DNA of 55,524 nucleotides from a virus. Lineage: Duplodnaviria; Caudoviricetes. The translations under genes were made by a program, and so were the position numbers. Shown here one piece after another: positions 37,053 through 46,447 of this stretch (the first letter of the stretch is position 1; each line of letters starts with the position of its first letter). Location of the stretch: positions 1 through 55,524 of IMG/VR virus record IMGVR_UViG_3300025723_000050, one strand, 5' to 3'. A model generated the notes under the pieces. The model saw nothing but the letters and a program-made list of their open reading frames with translations. It was not told where the DNA came from and searched no databases.

Positions 37053-37193
37053 ATGGAACTCAAGCCTTTTAACATAAAGGTCGAAGCAGTAGTTATAAGA
37101 GCCAATGGTGACCGGGAAGAATTCGGCACCATTGGTTCTACTACTTTAAAGGACAATAGTGAACACAGTATTGACATCAACGACAAGAAGTAG
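37053..37193 (+). CDS. Small hypothetical protein (46 aa, not in ORF track)
   Basis: Read manually: MELKPFNIKVEAVVIRANGDREEFG... Confidence 0.5.
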   Translation: MELKPFNIKVEAVVIRANGDREEFGTIGSTTLKDNSEHSIDINDKK

Positions 37194-37764
37194 TCTTGTA
37201 AACGCCATCACAGGTTCTGGTTATTCCTTGAGTCAACCAAAATACCTCTCTTGGGGAACTGGTGTAAGTCCTGCTTTGCCTACAGATGTTGCTCTTGGTA
37301 ACCCTAATGGACCCTCTATCACCGGTACTGTTAGTACTATTTCTACCGTTACATCAGGTGATACGTACTTCTGTACGGGTACTTTTACCTCAAGTAGTAT
37401 CCTTTCGGTTACCGAGGTAGGCCTTTTTACCAGTCAGTCTAGTCCAGCTGTTGGTTCACTGTCAAATCAGGTAAACCCTACAGATACAACCATTACCATC
37501 AGCGGTTATAGCAAGTTCTCTACCAGTTTCCCATTCAATGTTCAGGTCTCTTCTGAAGTTATGACGGTGCTTTCTGGCAATGGTAGCAATGTCTTCTACG
37601 TGACTCGAGCAGCAAACGGTTCTAGCAAGAGCACCAGCATCATCCCAGCACTCACACCAGTGGTAGCTCCATCTGGGAACATGTTCATGAAATCAACTTT
37701 CTCGGGCATGACCCTACAATCTGGTGACAGCATGCTTTTTAATATTCAAATTCAATTCGTTTAA
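37159..37764 (+). CDS. Putative fibre-attachment/structural protein
   Basis: YLSWGTG...TDVAL and TEVGLF motifs resemble tail-collar/fibre N-terminal domains. Confidence 0.55.
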   Translation: MNTVLTSTTRSSLVNAITGSGYSLSQPKYLSWGTGVSPALPTDVALGNPNGPSITGTVSTISTVTSGDTYFCTGTFTSSSILSVTEVGLFTSQSSPAVGSLSNQVNPTDTTITISGYSKFSTSFPFNVQVSSEVMTVLSGNGSNVFYVTRAANGSSKSTSIIPALTPVVAPSGNMFMKSTFSGMTLQSGDSMLFNIQIQFV

Positions 37765-37773
37765 GGGGCGTGT

Positions 37774-37902
37774 ATGCAATACACAATGAATATTAATTTG
37801 GTTGAATCTGGTTCTACCCAGCCAGTAAGCGAGATAAATAGCTATACAGCTGTGGATAACTTTGCAACTCTTGGCGAAGAATCAGTCCCGTACTCAATTT
37901 AA
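37774..37902 (+). CDS. Small hypothetical protein (42 aa, not in ORF track)
   Basis: AAGGGG RBS; MQYTMNINLVES... Confidence 0.4.
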   Translation: MQYTMNINLVESGSTQPVSEINSYTAVDNFATLGEESVPYSI

Positions 37903-37946
37903 AACCAACCCTATCTTGCCTAAGAAGGTAGATCAAAGGAGATAAT

Positions 37947-38438
37947 ATGACTACACCAGTTGACGCAAGACCAGCCATTGTTGAATGGATGGCATGGGGT
38001 GTTAAGAACCATGCCCACTTTACCTACACTGAGGGGGCTCAGCGCATGGCCGAGATCGGTCACCCTGGTGCTCTTCCCGTTACCTGTGACTGCAGTGCTT
38101 GGGTCACAATCTGCTACAACTGGGCCGGTGCTGATGACCCCAACGGCCAGAATTATAACCACACTGGGTATACTGGCACTCTTCTTGCCCACGGCACTCG
38201 TATTCCATTGGCTCAAGTGCAGCCTGGCGATGTTGTGGTTTACGGTGCTGGTACTGGTGTTCACGCTGTTCTTGTCTACGACACCACTAATAAACTTGAT
38301 CCACTTTGTGTGAGCATGGGTCAGCAGGGTGACCCCAACTTTGTTCACGACTCAGTGCTTCGTGGACTTGGTGCTCCTAACTACCTTCGTTTTCACACTG
38401 GTACAACAAGACCCGTTCACTATCCACCTACAAAGTAG
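37947..38438 (+). CDS. NlpC/P60 peptidoglycan endopeptidase (possible endolysin)
   Basis: DCSAWV, QPGDVVVYG, H motifs; AAGGAG RBS. Confidence 0.82.
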   Translation: MTTPVDARPAIVEWMAWGVKNHAHFTYTEGAQRMAEIGHPGALPVTCDCSAWVTICYNWAGADDPNGQNYNHTGYTGTLLAHGTRIPLAQVQPGDVVVYGAGTGVHAVLVYDTTNKLDPLCVSMGQQGDPNFVHDSVLRGLGAPNYLRFHTGTTRPVHYPPTK

Positions 38439-38445
38439 GGTATAA

Positions 38446-40098
38446 ATGCCACGTTATCGTGCTAATTTCCTATCAGGTGTAGCTTCTGGTGTACAAAACA
38501 GTACCGGTCAAACGGTAATCACTGGTACCAACTGGCCCACCAACATACCAGCGGGATCTTACCTGCCCGTAACCCTTAACCCTGGATACTTTGGTGCTAA
38601 TAACACCTCAGGTCCAGAAGTTATCTATGTTACAAGCGTGTCCAGCAACGTTGCTACAGCAGTACGCCAGCAAGAGAACTCTTCATTGGCTAGTGGTACA
38701 GTTGTTCCATGGGTAGCTGGCCCCTTGGTCGCTGACTTTGATGTAAGCAATCTTACCAGCACGGGTACGTTAACTCTTAATAACGTTCTTGTCGTCAGTG
38801 GCGGTGGAACTTCTATTAGTGCACCCAATGGTTCTATTGTTCTTGGCAACAGTGCAACAGTTAGTGGTGAAATTTATGCACTCAATACCGGAGTCGCTAT
38901 CAATGCACCCAGTGGAAACGTTGTTGTTGGTGGCAACACAACAGTAACTGGTTATTCAACAGCATTGGGTGGAATTTACTTCAGCACAAGCAACAAGTCT
39001 GCTGCTGGCACATCACAAGCTACTGCAACTTCTATAACCACTCAGTACACAGTTGTAAACGCTGGTACTACTGCTACTAGCAATGGTCAAACTGGACAAG
39101 CTGCTGTTGTTTTGCCAAATATTGTTTACCTTGGTCAAACAATCTTTATTGACAACTCTACAAGTAACTGGTTGCTTGTCTACCCATACTCTACTCAACG
39201 AATTGACAGTGCAGGTTCAAGCAACCCTATTTGGCTTGCCCCTAGTGCTTACTGGCAAGGTGTTGCCGAAACAACTGGTGTTACTGGTTCATGGGCTAGT
39301 TTTGTCCCATCATTTAACTCAGACTCTTCAAACAGCATAAACATCACATATACCAATGGTCAGATCCAATATGGTATTAATCCAGTAGTTCAAGCAACCA
39401 CCCTTACAGTAACTGGTGGTGCAACAGTACTAGGATCTTTGGGTGTTGCAGGGAACTTCAATGTCAATGGTACTTCAATCGTATTGCCAAGCGGAACATT
39501 GCAAGTTGGCCAAAATGTAACCGTCACAGGCAACGTAACCGTCACAGGTAACATCACTACTTCTGGCGGTAAAGTTTTCACGGGTATTATAAATTCACCT
39601 GGATATACTGCATACTCAATTGGATCTACTGGTGGTGTGCTTGTTAATGGTGTACAGTTCCCAATACTCAACACAAGCAGCGGTATAATTTCTCCGCTTG
39701 CAATCACATCTGGCAACTATCTCTCTGGCGGTATTCAAAGTCTCACACTTGGATCAGGTACTTGGTTGTTAACTGCTCGTGTCGCAGGTGTAGCATCAGC
39801 GACTGCAATAACAGATCTTTGGATTGGACCAAGTTATACAACCGCATCAGGTTGTTACGGTATAACTACTACAACTTTTGTACCAAACAACCCTGTAACT
39901 GCAACTGTTACTTGCATAGCAAACATAACTAATAGCGGTACAGTTTATCTTCAAGGCTATCAAGCTGCATCTCCTGTTGCTACTGTTACATTGGCTTCAG
40001 GTGCTTATTACAGCGCCGCTGCTGGTGGTATAACTCCACCATATTCGAGTAGCACGGTTAGTAAATCAACAGGCCTTACCGCATTCCAGTTGGCATAG
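38446..40098 (+). CDS. Fibre-like structural protein
   Basis: 550 aa, G/S/T/V/N-rich; VTGNVT beta-helix-like repeats. Confidence 0.65.
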   Translation: MPRYRANFLSGVASGVQNSTGQTVITGTNWPTNIPAGSYLPVTLNPGYFGANNTSGPEVIYVTSVSSNVATAVRQQENSSLASGTVVPWVAGPLVADFDVSNLTSTGTLTLNNVLVVSGGGTSISAPNGSIVLGNSATVSGEIYALNTGVAINAPSGNVVVGGNTTVTGYSTALGGIYFSTSNKSAAGTSQATATSITTQYTVVNAGTTATSNGQTGQAAVVLPNIVYLGQTIFIDNSTSNWLLVYPYSTQRIDSAGSSNPIWLAPSAYWQGVAETTGVTGSWASFVPSFNSDSSNSINITYTNGQIQYGINPVVQATTLTVTGGATVLGSLGVAGNFNVNGTSIVLPSGTLQVGQNVTVTGNVTVTGNITTSGGKVFTGIINSPGYTAYSIGSTGGVLVNGVQFPILNTSSGIISPLAITSGNYLSGGIQSLTLGSGTWLLTARVAGVASATAITDLWIGPSYTTASGCYGITTTTFVPNNPVTATVTCIANITNSGTVYLQGYQAASPVATVTLASGAYYSAAAGGITPPYSSSTVSKSTGLTAFQLA

Positions 40099-40100
40099 AC

Positions 40101-40964
40101 ATGAGAAATCGTCCTATTCCTCAATACGCATCAGAACCCGTTGGTATCACGACATACATTAGTGGTTCTTTGGCTGATCCTGATAACCAATACGTATGGC
40201 TTAACATAACCAACACAGATAATGGTGCAGTTGTGCTCGCATCAGGGCAAGCTGCATACGAGAGCACTGGCACATACCAATACTCTTTGACATCTAGTCA
40301 GACTGCTATTCAAGGAAACTATGCCGTTACTTGGAATTACACCATTAATAGTGGCACAAAAACCTACGTAGATAATATTGTTATTACTGATCAGATGCCA
40401 TATTGGAGCAATCTCGATCAAGGGACACGTCAACTTGTTATTGGTATTGTCCATAGACTTGACAAAAGTTTTGATAGTACAGCGGGTGGTCCATACCTCC
40501 AAGAACTTAATCAAAGCGGTTTCTTAATGTATGAAGAAGTTGCAATGGTAATGTCTGACGAAACCATGGACTACATCAACTTTGAGTTCCAGCCAATATT
40601 TACTCCTGCTTATGAAGTTGGTATTAATGCAACCGTGCCATTCCCAACTACGTATTATGGTGTGCTTGCTACGCAGACGTATGCTCACTTTTTGAAGCAC
40701 ATCGCACGTAACTACATTGAACAACCTACTCCACAGGGTATGAATGCTGCGTGGATGGACCGTAGGGACTACTACAACCGTTGGTGGCAACTTTACCTAT
40801 TCGATAAAGAAGTTGCTGACAAGCAGCTACGTCAGATGAAGCGTCAATACATGGTTGGATCTAAGCGAAGCCTTCTGGTTGCTGGTGGTCTTATCCCACG
40901 TATGTTTAGCAACCCAGCACGTCCTCACTTCCAATATGCCTCGGTCAATATGGGTGGAGTCTAA
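40101..40964 (+). CDS. Head-tail adaptor/neck protein (Ig-like N-domain plus helical domain)
   Basis: Position; GTYQY...GNYAVTW Ig-like pattern followed by helical adaptor-like region. Confidence 0.6.
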   Translation: MRNRPIPQYASEPVGITTYISGSLADPDNQYVWLNITNTDNGAVVLASGQAAYESTGTYQYSLTSSQTAIQGNYAVTWNYTINSGTKTYVDNIVITDQMPYWSNLDQGTRQLVIGIVHRLDKSFDSTAGGPYLQELNQSGFLMYEEVAMVMSDETMDYINFEFQPIFTPAYEVGINATVPFPTTYYGVLATQTYAHFLKHIARNYIEQPTPQGMNAAWMDRRDYYNRWWQLYLFDKEVADKQLRQMKRQYMVGSKRSLLVAGGLIPRMFSNPARPHFQYASVNMGGV

Positions 40965-40965
40965 T

Positions 40966-41322
40966 GTGGACTGGAACCAACGCTATGCAGCAGGCAGAAA
41001 AAGAACACCAAGCAACGAAATAACGTACCGAGCTCAATGCGGTAGTCGTTATGGTTATGATCTACATCGTAAATTCGATGAACCATCATGTATTCTTTGC
41101 CAAGAAGCTGTGAATGATTACGCAACAAAGCGTAATAGAGAACGTGGTGTGCAGGAGTTTAAACCTGCTGCTTGCGGCACAAATGGTGGCTACATGAAGC
41201 ACCTAAGAGAATTTGAACCAGCGTGTGAGGATTGTCTTAAAGCACATAAAGATCATGTCACCTGGTACAACCTAGCTGTTGACACTAGGAAAAAGATCCT
41301 TGAAGAATCGAGCGGACAATGA
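40966..41322 (+). CDS. Small protein with two CGxxxGYxxHxxxxExxCxxC Zn motifs
   Basis: GTG 40966 after GGAG; starts MDWNQRYAA; duplicated motif. Confidence 0.65.
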   Translation: MDWNQRYAAGRKRTPSNEITYRAQCGSRYGYDLHRKFDEPSCILCQEAVNDYATKRNRERGVQEFKPAACGTNGGYMKHLREFEPACEDCLKAHKDHVTWYNLAVDTRKKILEESSGQ

Positions 41323-42047
41323 GCGGTATTAATCCAGCACCAGGGCCAGTCGTATCTGGCAGTGGCACTGGTCTAAACACACAGCTCGAGAGTCCATTGC
41401 TTGTTGTAAAGCAACGTGAGAACTGGTCCCAAGTAGACCAACAAAGATTCCACGATGAAGCATTACAATGGTTTGGTGAGGAATGCATCGTTCGTCTCCG
41501 ATGGAGAGCTGAAGATGCGGCTGCAGGTCTCGTAGGCTACTGTCAACAATGCCAAGATAGTCCCAACCCAACAAGCCCCAATAAGTCTGTACAACAACGT
41601 GTAAGCAATGTTTATAAACAGACTGGTAATAGTTACTGCGGTACTTGTTACGGGACTACCTTTTCGGGTGGTTTTCAACCTACGTGCTATCACATCTACA
41701 TGCTTGCATCTGATACAGATGATGATCGAAAGAACCTATCGACTGGTCAATTCTGGCAACAGAATCCAAGAGTGCAGTTCTCATGGTTCCCTCAGATACG
41801 TGTAGGTGACCTTGTAGTACGTGTAGAGAGCTGGTCAAACGGTTCTCCTACAGTTACGAGCCAACGATTCCAAGTGAGCTCTGTACAGCCTCAAACGATC
41901 AGAACTGGTCCTGGGGTAAGCGCGCAATACCCATATAGGGTTGGAACCACACAACCATATAGCAATACAACAATTGTTGTTAACCAGCAAACAGAGCTCG
42001 AGAGCATTTGGCCTGGCCACCCCTACTACAGCATACCGGTACTATGA
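41319..42047 (+). CDS. Head closure/connector protein with Zn finger
   Basis: GEECIV, CQQC, CGTCYGTTFSGGF, PQIRVGDLVV; gene order. Confidence 0.6.
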   Translation: MSGINPAPGPVVSGSGTGLNTQLESPLLVVKQRENWSQVDQQRFHDEALQWFGEECIVRLRWRAEDAAAGLVGYCQQCQDSPNPTSPNKSVQQRVSNVYKQTGNSYCGTCYGTTFSGGFQPTCYHIYMLASDTDDDRKNLSTGQFWQQNPRVQFSWFPQIRVGDLVVRVESWSNGSPTVTSQRFQVSSVQPQTIRTGPGVSAQYPYRVGTTQPYSNTTIVVNQQTELESIWPGHPYYSIPVL

Positions 42048-42562
42048 GCGATATCCAAGTCCCAGAGCAATTAACCCAACAGCTGGCCAGGCGTGCGGTA
42101 GAGATCGCTCAGATCATAGGACCTCGCAAAACCGGTAAAGGTTTAATTAGCCTTGTGCCGTTCTATGAACCTGGTGTTGTAGGCATTGATGTTCCTACAG
42201 ATACTGCATACATGCTGGATCTTGAGAATGGTATCCAAGCTCACGCAATGGTTGATTTGGCTGGTCGTGTAATCCCCATCCGTAACCCTGGTGGATCTAT
42301 ATCGTTTAGAAGAGCTAGCAATAAAAGTATTGGTAAAATACCAGTAATTACTAGATTATCCAATAGTGGTAGGTTAAAGTCTGGTGAGCCAGAGTGGTAC
42401 TACCCAGAAAAAGCAGCTCTTGGATTCCTTCATAAGTCTATCAAAATGAGCGTAGACGAATGGAAACGTTCAGTCAGATCGCAACAAGTACTTGATGTGC
42501 TTATGCAATCTGAAGCAAAAGATGATGTAAGCAATATATTTTATGGAAGGAACATAGGCTAA
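42044..42562 (+). CDS. Neck/tail completion protein (HK97 gp10-like)
   Basis: PRKTG motif; ATGA coupling; gene order. Confidence 0.5.
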   Translation: MSDIQVPEQLTQQLARRAVEIAQIIGPRKTGKGLISLVPFYEPGVVGIDVPTDTAYMLDLENGIQAHAMVDLAGRVIPIRNPGGSISFRRASNKSIGKIPVITRLSNSGRLKSGEPEWYYPEKAALGFLHKSIKMSVDEWKRSVRSQQVLDVLMQSEAKDDVSNIFYGRNIG

Positions 42563-43242
42563 TGTTTGTAACAGCAGTTAAGACTGCCATCGTTGAAGCC
42601 TTAAATGCTGGGTTTTCTCAGCTTTCTTCTTCTCCAAGTGATACTAGTTTGGACTTAACTCCTAATAGTATAACTATCGAGTATCCGCTAGAGTTAGTGC
42701 AGTGGCCAGCAATCTTTGTTCAGTTCAGACCAAACAAGATCCAATGGTCAGGTATCAACCCTGATTCATATACAGCTGTACCCTCTGGCTATACAATAAA
42801 CGGCATTACTTATTACCCAGGTAGTGAACCCACTAGAAATGGCTATTTTGAAGGAAACATTGACCTTCAGATCATGGCTATGCACAGTGAAGAAAGAGAC
42901 CGTCTCTTCGACAGCATTACAAACTTGATACTTATGGATACGATTAGCCCAGCTAGTTCAGCATTCGTAAGCAGTATCTACAACAATACATTGATTGGCA
43001 TGACGTTATTGCTAGATAATGTAACTTTCTTGGGTGATAGTGTCAGTGCGGGTACACCCTTTAGCCCAGAAGAACTAACGTACGAAGCTAGTGTAAGAAT
43101 TCCATGCATTGGGGACTTCTACACAAACAAGTACAGCCAGATTTATCCACAGATTACAAGCATTCCTGTGTCTGGTTCTGTTTCATTGAACCTATATACG
43201 ACATCAGGCCAGCAGTACACAGAAAACAATCAGTTTACTTAA
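42562..43242 (+). CDS. Tail terminator-like protein
   Basis: EYP...WPAIFV, ERDRL; directly upstream of sheath. Confidence 0.6.
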   Translation: MFVTAVKTAIVEALNAGFSQLSSSPSDTSLDLTPNSITIEYPLELVQWPAIFVQFRPNKIQWSGINPDSYTAVPSGYTINGITYYPGSEPTRNGYFEGNIDLQIMAMHSEERDRLFDSITNLILMDTISPASSAFVSSIYNNTLIGMTLLLDNVTFLGDSVSAGTPFSPEELTYEASVRIPCIGDFYTNKYSQIYPQITSIPVSGSVSLNLYTTSGQQYTENNQFT

Positions 43243-43308
43243 TAATTTCTAGAAAAACAGATACTGTAAAAACGCAGACAACCTGCACAAGGCATTGAAG
43301 GAGAAAGC

Positions 43309-44892
43309 ATGCCTACACCTATTCCTAACTATCAAATTCCCGGGGTCTATGTAACCCAGTCTGGATCATCCCTCCAGGCTATTAACCCAACGAATTTGAA
43401 CATCGCAATCGTTGCCGATAACCCGTTGCCTGGTTACAACACAGACACGTTCAATAACATCACTGCCGCCAGCGGTGCCACCATTGGTCTTTTGACGGTA
43501 CCGATGGTGAACACCACAAGCAATGGTAACTACTCAACCTATTCGGGCTATACGGTTACCTGGGTCAGTGGTACTACTACCATTACCGGTACATTTGGTG
43601 TTAACTTTAACATCAGTACTCCAAGTGGTCAGGCATTTAGTTACCTGACAACCAGCGGTGTTACTGCTACTGGTGTTGCTTCTCTGCCTAGTGGTACTGT
43701 GCAGATCACATACGGTCACAACTGGGCTGCTTACGGTACTTACTACGAGTACACACAAGCTGCTAACGTAATTGGTAACACCGTTAGTGGTACTACCATT
43801 GTTAACCCAGCTTTGCTTGCAACCCAGCTTGCTTTCCAAAACGGTGCAAATACAGTGGTTGTCTTGCCAGTAGCTAGAATTGCTACCTCTGGTACGGGTG
43901 CTGCTCAGATTTCTGACTGGACTAGAGTCTTCCAGATCTCTACCAGTGGTTACAACGGTAATGACCCAACGTACTTGGCTAGCCAATACAGCGTTGATGT
44001 TATCGTTCCTCTGTACGGTTTCCTTAGCGTCAGCGGTACAACTGCTGGTCAGCTTCTTACGTATTCCAACAGCAATGTTGCTGCAGCTATCTCTAACTAC
44101 TTGACTGTTCAATCAGGTATTGGTAACTACCAGCGCGCTTTCCTGGGTTACGATGGCACGAACAACCAGGTCACTGCTGGCCAGGTTCAAGCTCTTGCCA
44201 GCGGTTTTGGTAGCAGTGGTGCTGGTACCAGAATTACTCTGGTTGCCCCTGGTTCTATCAACTACAACCCAGGTCTTAGCACATCGACTGGTCTTACGAA
44301 CGTTAACTTCAACGTTCCTGGTTACTACTTGGCTGCTGCCCTTGCCGGTATCTTCGTTGGTCAGACTGATGTCTACGTGCCGATTACGAACAAGACAATC
44401 AATGGTTTTAACTATGTTCCTAACCAAATCAGCACATCGGATGCTCAGTACAACTACCTTTCATACGGTATCTGCACTGCCTACCAAAACAGAAATGGTG
44501 TGTTCACTGTTCTGCAAGGTTTGACTACGAACACAAACAACTGGCTGACACAGGAAATCTCGATTAACGCTGTTGGTGACCGACTTGCTAACAATGTTAG
44601 AAACGGTCTTGTTAATAGCTTCCTTATCGGTGGTCCATTGACAGATATTACGGCTGCTACTGCTCAAGGTATCGTTCAAGGTATCCTGACAGACGCTGTT
44701 TCTAATGGTTTGATTCAGAGCTATCAGAACTTGTCTTACACGGTTAACCCAGCTACACCAACCACGATTACGATCACGTTCCAATACTCTCCGACTTACC
44801 CAATCAACTACATCCAGGCTGTATTGAGTCTTAACACCTCAACTGGTACTGTAATTGCTGGTAACGCTCAGAGCAACACTGTAGTTTACTAG
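43309..44892 (+). CDS. Contractile tail sheath protein
   Basis: YQIPGVYV N-terminus, AFQNGA, YYLAAALAG, QGLTT, YSPTYPINYI. Confidence 0.9.
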   Translation: MPTPIPNYQIPGVYVTQSGSSLQAINPTNLNIAIVADNPLPGYNTDTFNNITAASGATIGLLTVPMVNTTSNGNYSTYSGYTVTWVSGTTTITGTFGVNFNISTPSGQAFSYLTTSGVTATGVASLPSGTVQITYGHNWAAYGTYYEYTQAANVIGNTVSGTTIVNPALLATQLAFQNGANTVVVLPVARIATSGTGAAQISDWTRVFQISTSGYNGNDPTYLASQYSVDVIVPLYGFLSVSGTTAGQLLTYSNSNVAAAISNYLTVQSGIGNYQRAFLGYDGTNNQVTAGQVQALASGFGSSGAGTRITLVAPGSINYNPGLSTSTGLTNVNFNVPGYYLAAALAGIFVGQTDVYVPITNKTINGFNYVPNQISTSDAQYNYLSYGICTAYQNRNGVFTVLQGLTTNTNNWLTQEISINAVGDRLANNVRNGLVNSFLIGGPLTDITAATAQGIVQGILTDAVSNGLIQSYQNLSYTVNPATPTTITITFQYSPTYPINYIQAVLSLNTSTGTVIAGNAQSNTVVY

Positions 44893-44901
44893 GAGTAACT
44901 A

Positions 44902-45375
44902 ATGGCAAAATCAACTTTTCGCGTAGGTGGGCACTATACAGCATTCACCTACAATGGTCAACACTTGATCTACGCTCAGATGATCAACGAGCGTGGTCCT
45001 CAGCCTGTTAACCAGCCACAGCCAATCCAGCCTCTTGACTCTGCTTACCCAATCGAGATTGCATTGCCAGGTGCTTTGCAAGCCGGTATGTTGGAACTCA
45101 CGTTCCTGGAACAGTGGAACGCAGAAGTCTGGGCACAGCTTGGTTCAAACTTTGCTACTGCTTCTGACTTGCTTGACGTGTTTAAGGCACAGCTTGCTCA
45201 GGGCGAAGTGCAATGCATTAAGGTCATCAGTAAACCAGACGGTACTAAGCGCAAGATTGTGTACCAGGGTTGTGTCGTTGTAAACGTCCAAATTGATGAA
45301 TTGGTCCAGATCGGTACCATGACAATCCCTAAGACGATCACAATCATGTATCGTTCGAGAAAAGAACTCCTGTAG
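44902..45375 (+). CDS. Tail tube protein
   Basis: 157 aa directly after sheath; YQGCVV...TITIMY beta pattern. Confidence 0.78.
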   Translation: MAKSTFRVGGHYTAFTYNGQHLIYAQMINERGPQPVNQPQPIQPLDSAYPIEIALPGALQAGMLELTFLEQWNAEVWAQLGSNFATASDLLDVFKAQLAQGEVQCIKVISKPDGTKRKIVYQGCVVVNVQIDELVQIGTMTIPKTITIMYRSRKELL

Positions 45376-45391
45376 GAAAGGTAATATAAAT

Positions 45392-46393
45392 ATGTCCGTA
45401 CGTTCATATGTAATTCAATTGCAGGCAGGAGTTGGCCAAGCCATCCTTCCTGACCACCGCAAAATGGTCCCAGGTCAACAATACGTTGTAGACGCTGATA
45501 CATTCTCTAGATTTAGCCTTGGTGCTCGTCAGAGTGTTATTCAGGTTGTTAGCGTTAACACTGACTCGTCGACTGCCAGTGGAACGTTCTTCCCAGCACA
45601 GGTATCTAACGGTGTCAACCGTCAGATCGGTGCTAGTGGTCAGAGCTTCTTCAACGTCCTGACACAGACAAGCACCTCGCTGACTACGTTCAGCATTGCT
45701 GGATTTGCTGCTCAGGGTGCTTCGGCTGGTGGAGCTGCTGGTGCTGGTGCTGGTATCCAGTTCCCACAAGAAACACTTAGCGGAAATGCTAACAACTATT
45801 CGTTGATTGGCCCAGATGGTGCTCGTTACATCCTTGCTTACAACGGTACTTCTTCTACGCTTAATGCTGGTTGGGCCACCGTATGGCAGGACTACAACAA
45901 CCGTTACATCAGCACTGCTTCGGGTAACCCACTCGTTGTTAAGCAAGACGGTCAAAGCGTCAGCTACGTCATTAGCTCGAACACAACCCTTACCGGTGTG
46001 AACGGTGCTGTTACGACTGTTGGTACCAAGGTTGGTGAGTTTGCTGGTATTCCACTGGTTAACATCCCTGCCGGTAACTTCGGATTCGTTCAGATTGAGG
46101 GTATCCACCCTAACGCCGTGGTTGCTTCCGGTACTCCTGTGGGTTCTGCTGTGGGTGTTCTGCCAACTGCTTCTGGTGCTCTTAGTGCCTCGGGTGTGCT
46201 TGCTGTTCCTGCCAACACAACCTTCTCGGTCACCAACACGGTTGTTTCCGGTACTGCTCTGGCTAACAACATTGTTGGTACAGTCCTTACCACCCCTGCC
46301 TCTGGTACGGGTACGGGTCAGTACTTTGCTCAGGTTGAACTGCGTAGCCGCCGAGTCAAGAAGCCATACAACCGCTTCCTGAATAAGAACTAG
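45392..46393 (+). CDS. Putative structural protein between tube and chaperone
   Basis: 333 aa, strong codon bias, G/S/T/V-rich, basic C-terminus. Confidence 0.65.
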   Translation: MSVRSYVIQLQAGVGQAILPDHRKMVPGQQYVVDADTFSRFSLGARQSVIQVVSVNTDSSTASGTFFPAQVSNGVNRQIGASGQSFFNVLTQTSTSLTTFSIAGFAAQGASAGGAAGAGAGIQFPQETLSGNANNYSLIGPDGARYILAYNGTSSTLNAGWATVWQDYNNRYISTASGNPLVVKQDGQSVSYVISSNTTLTGVNGAVTTVGTKVGEFAGIPLVNIPAGNFGFVQIEGIHPNAVVASGTPVGSAVGVLPTASGALSASGVLAVPANTTFSVTNTVVSGTALANNIVGTVLTTPASGTGTGQYFAQVELRSRRVKKPYNRFLNKN

Positions 46394-46447
46394 CATTCTG
46401 GATGGGTAGGTTGTACAATAAAGTACAACCCTAGACCCAGAGGTAAT

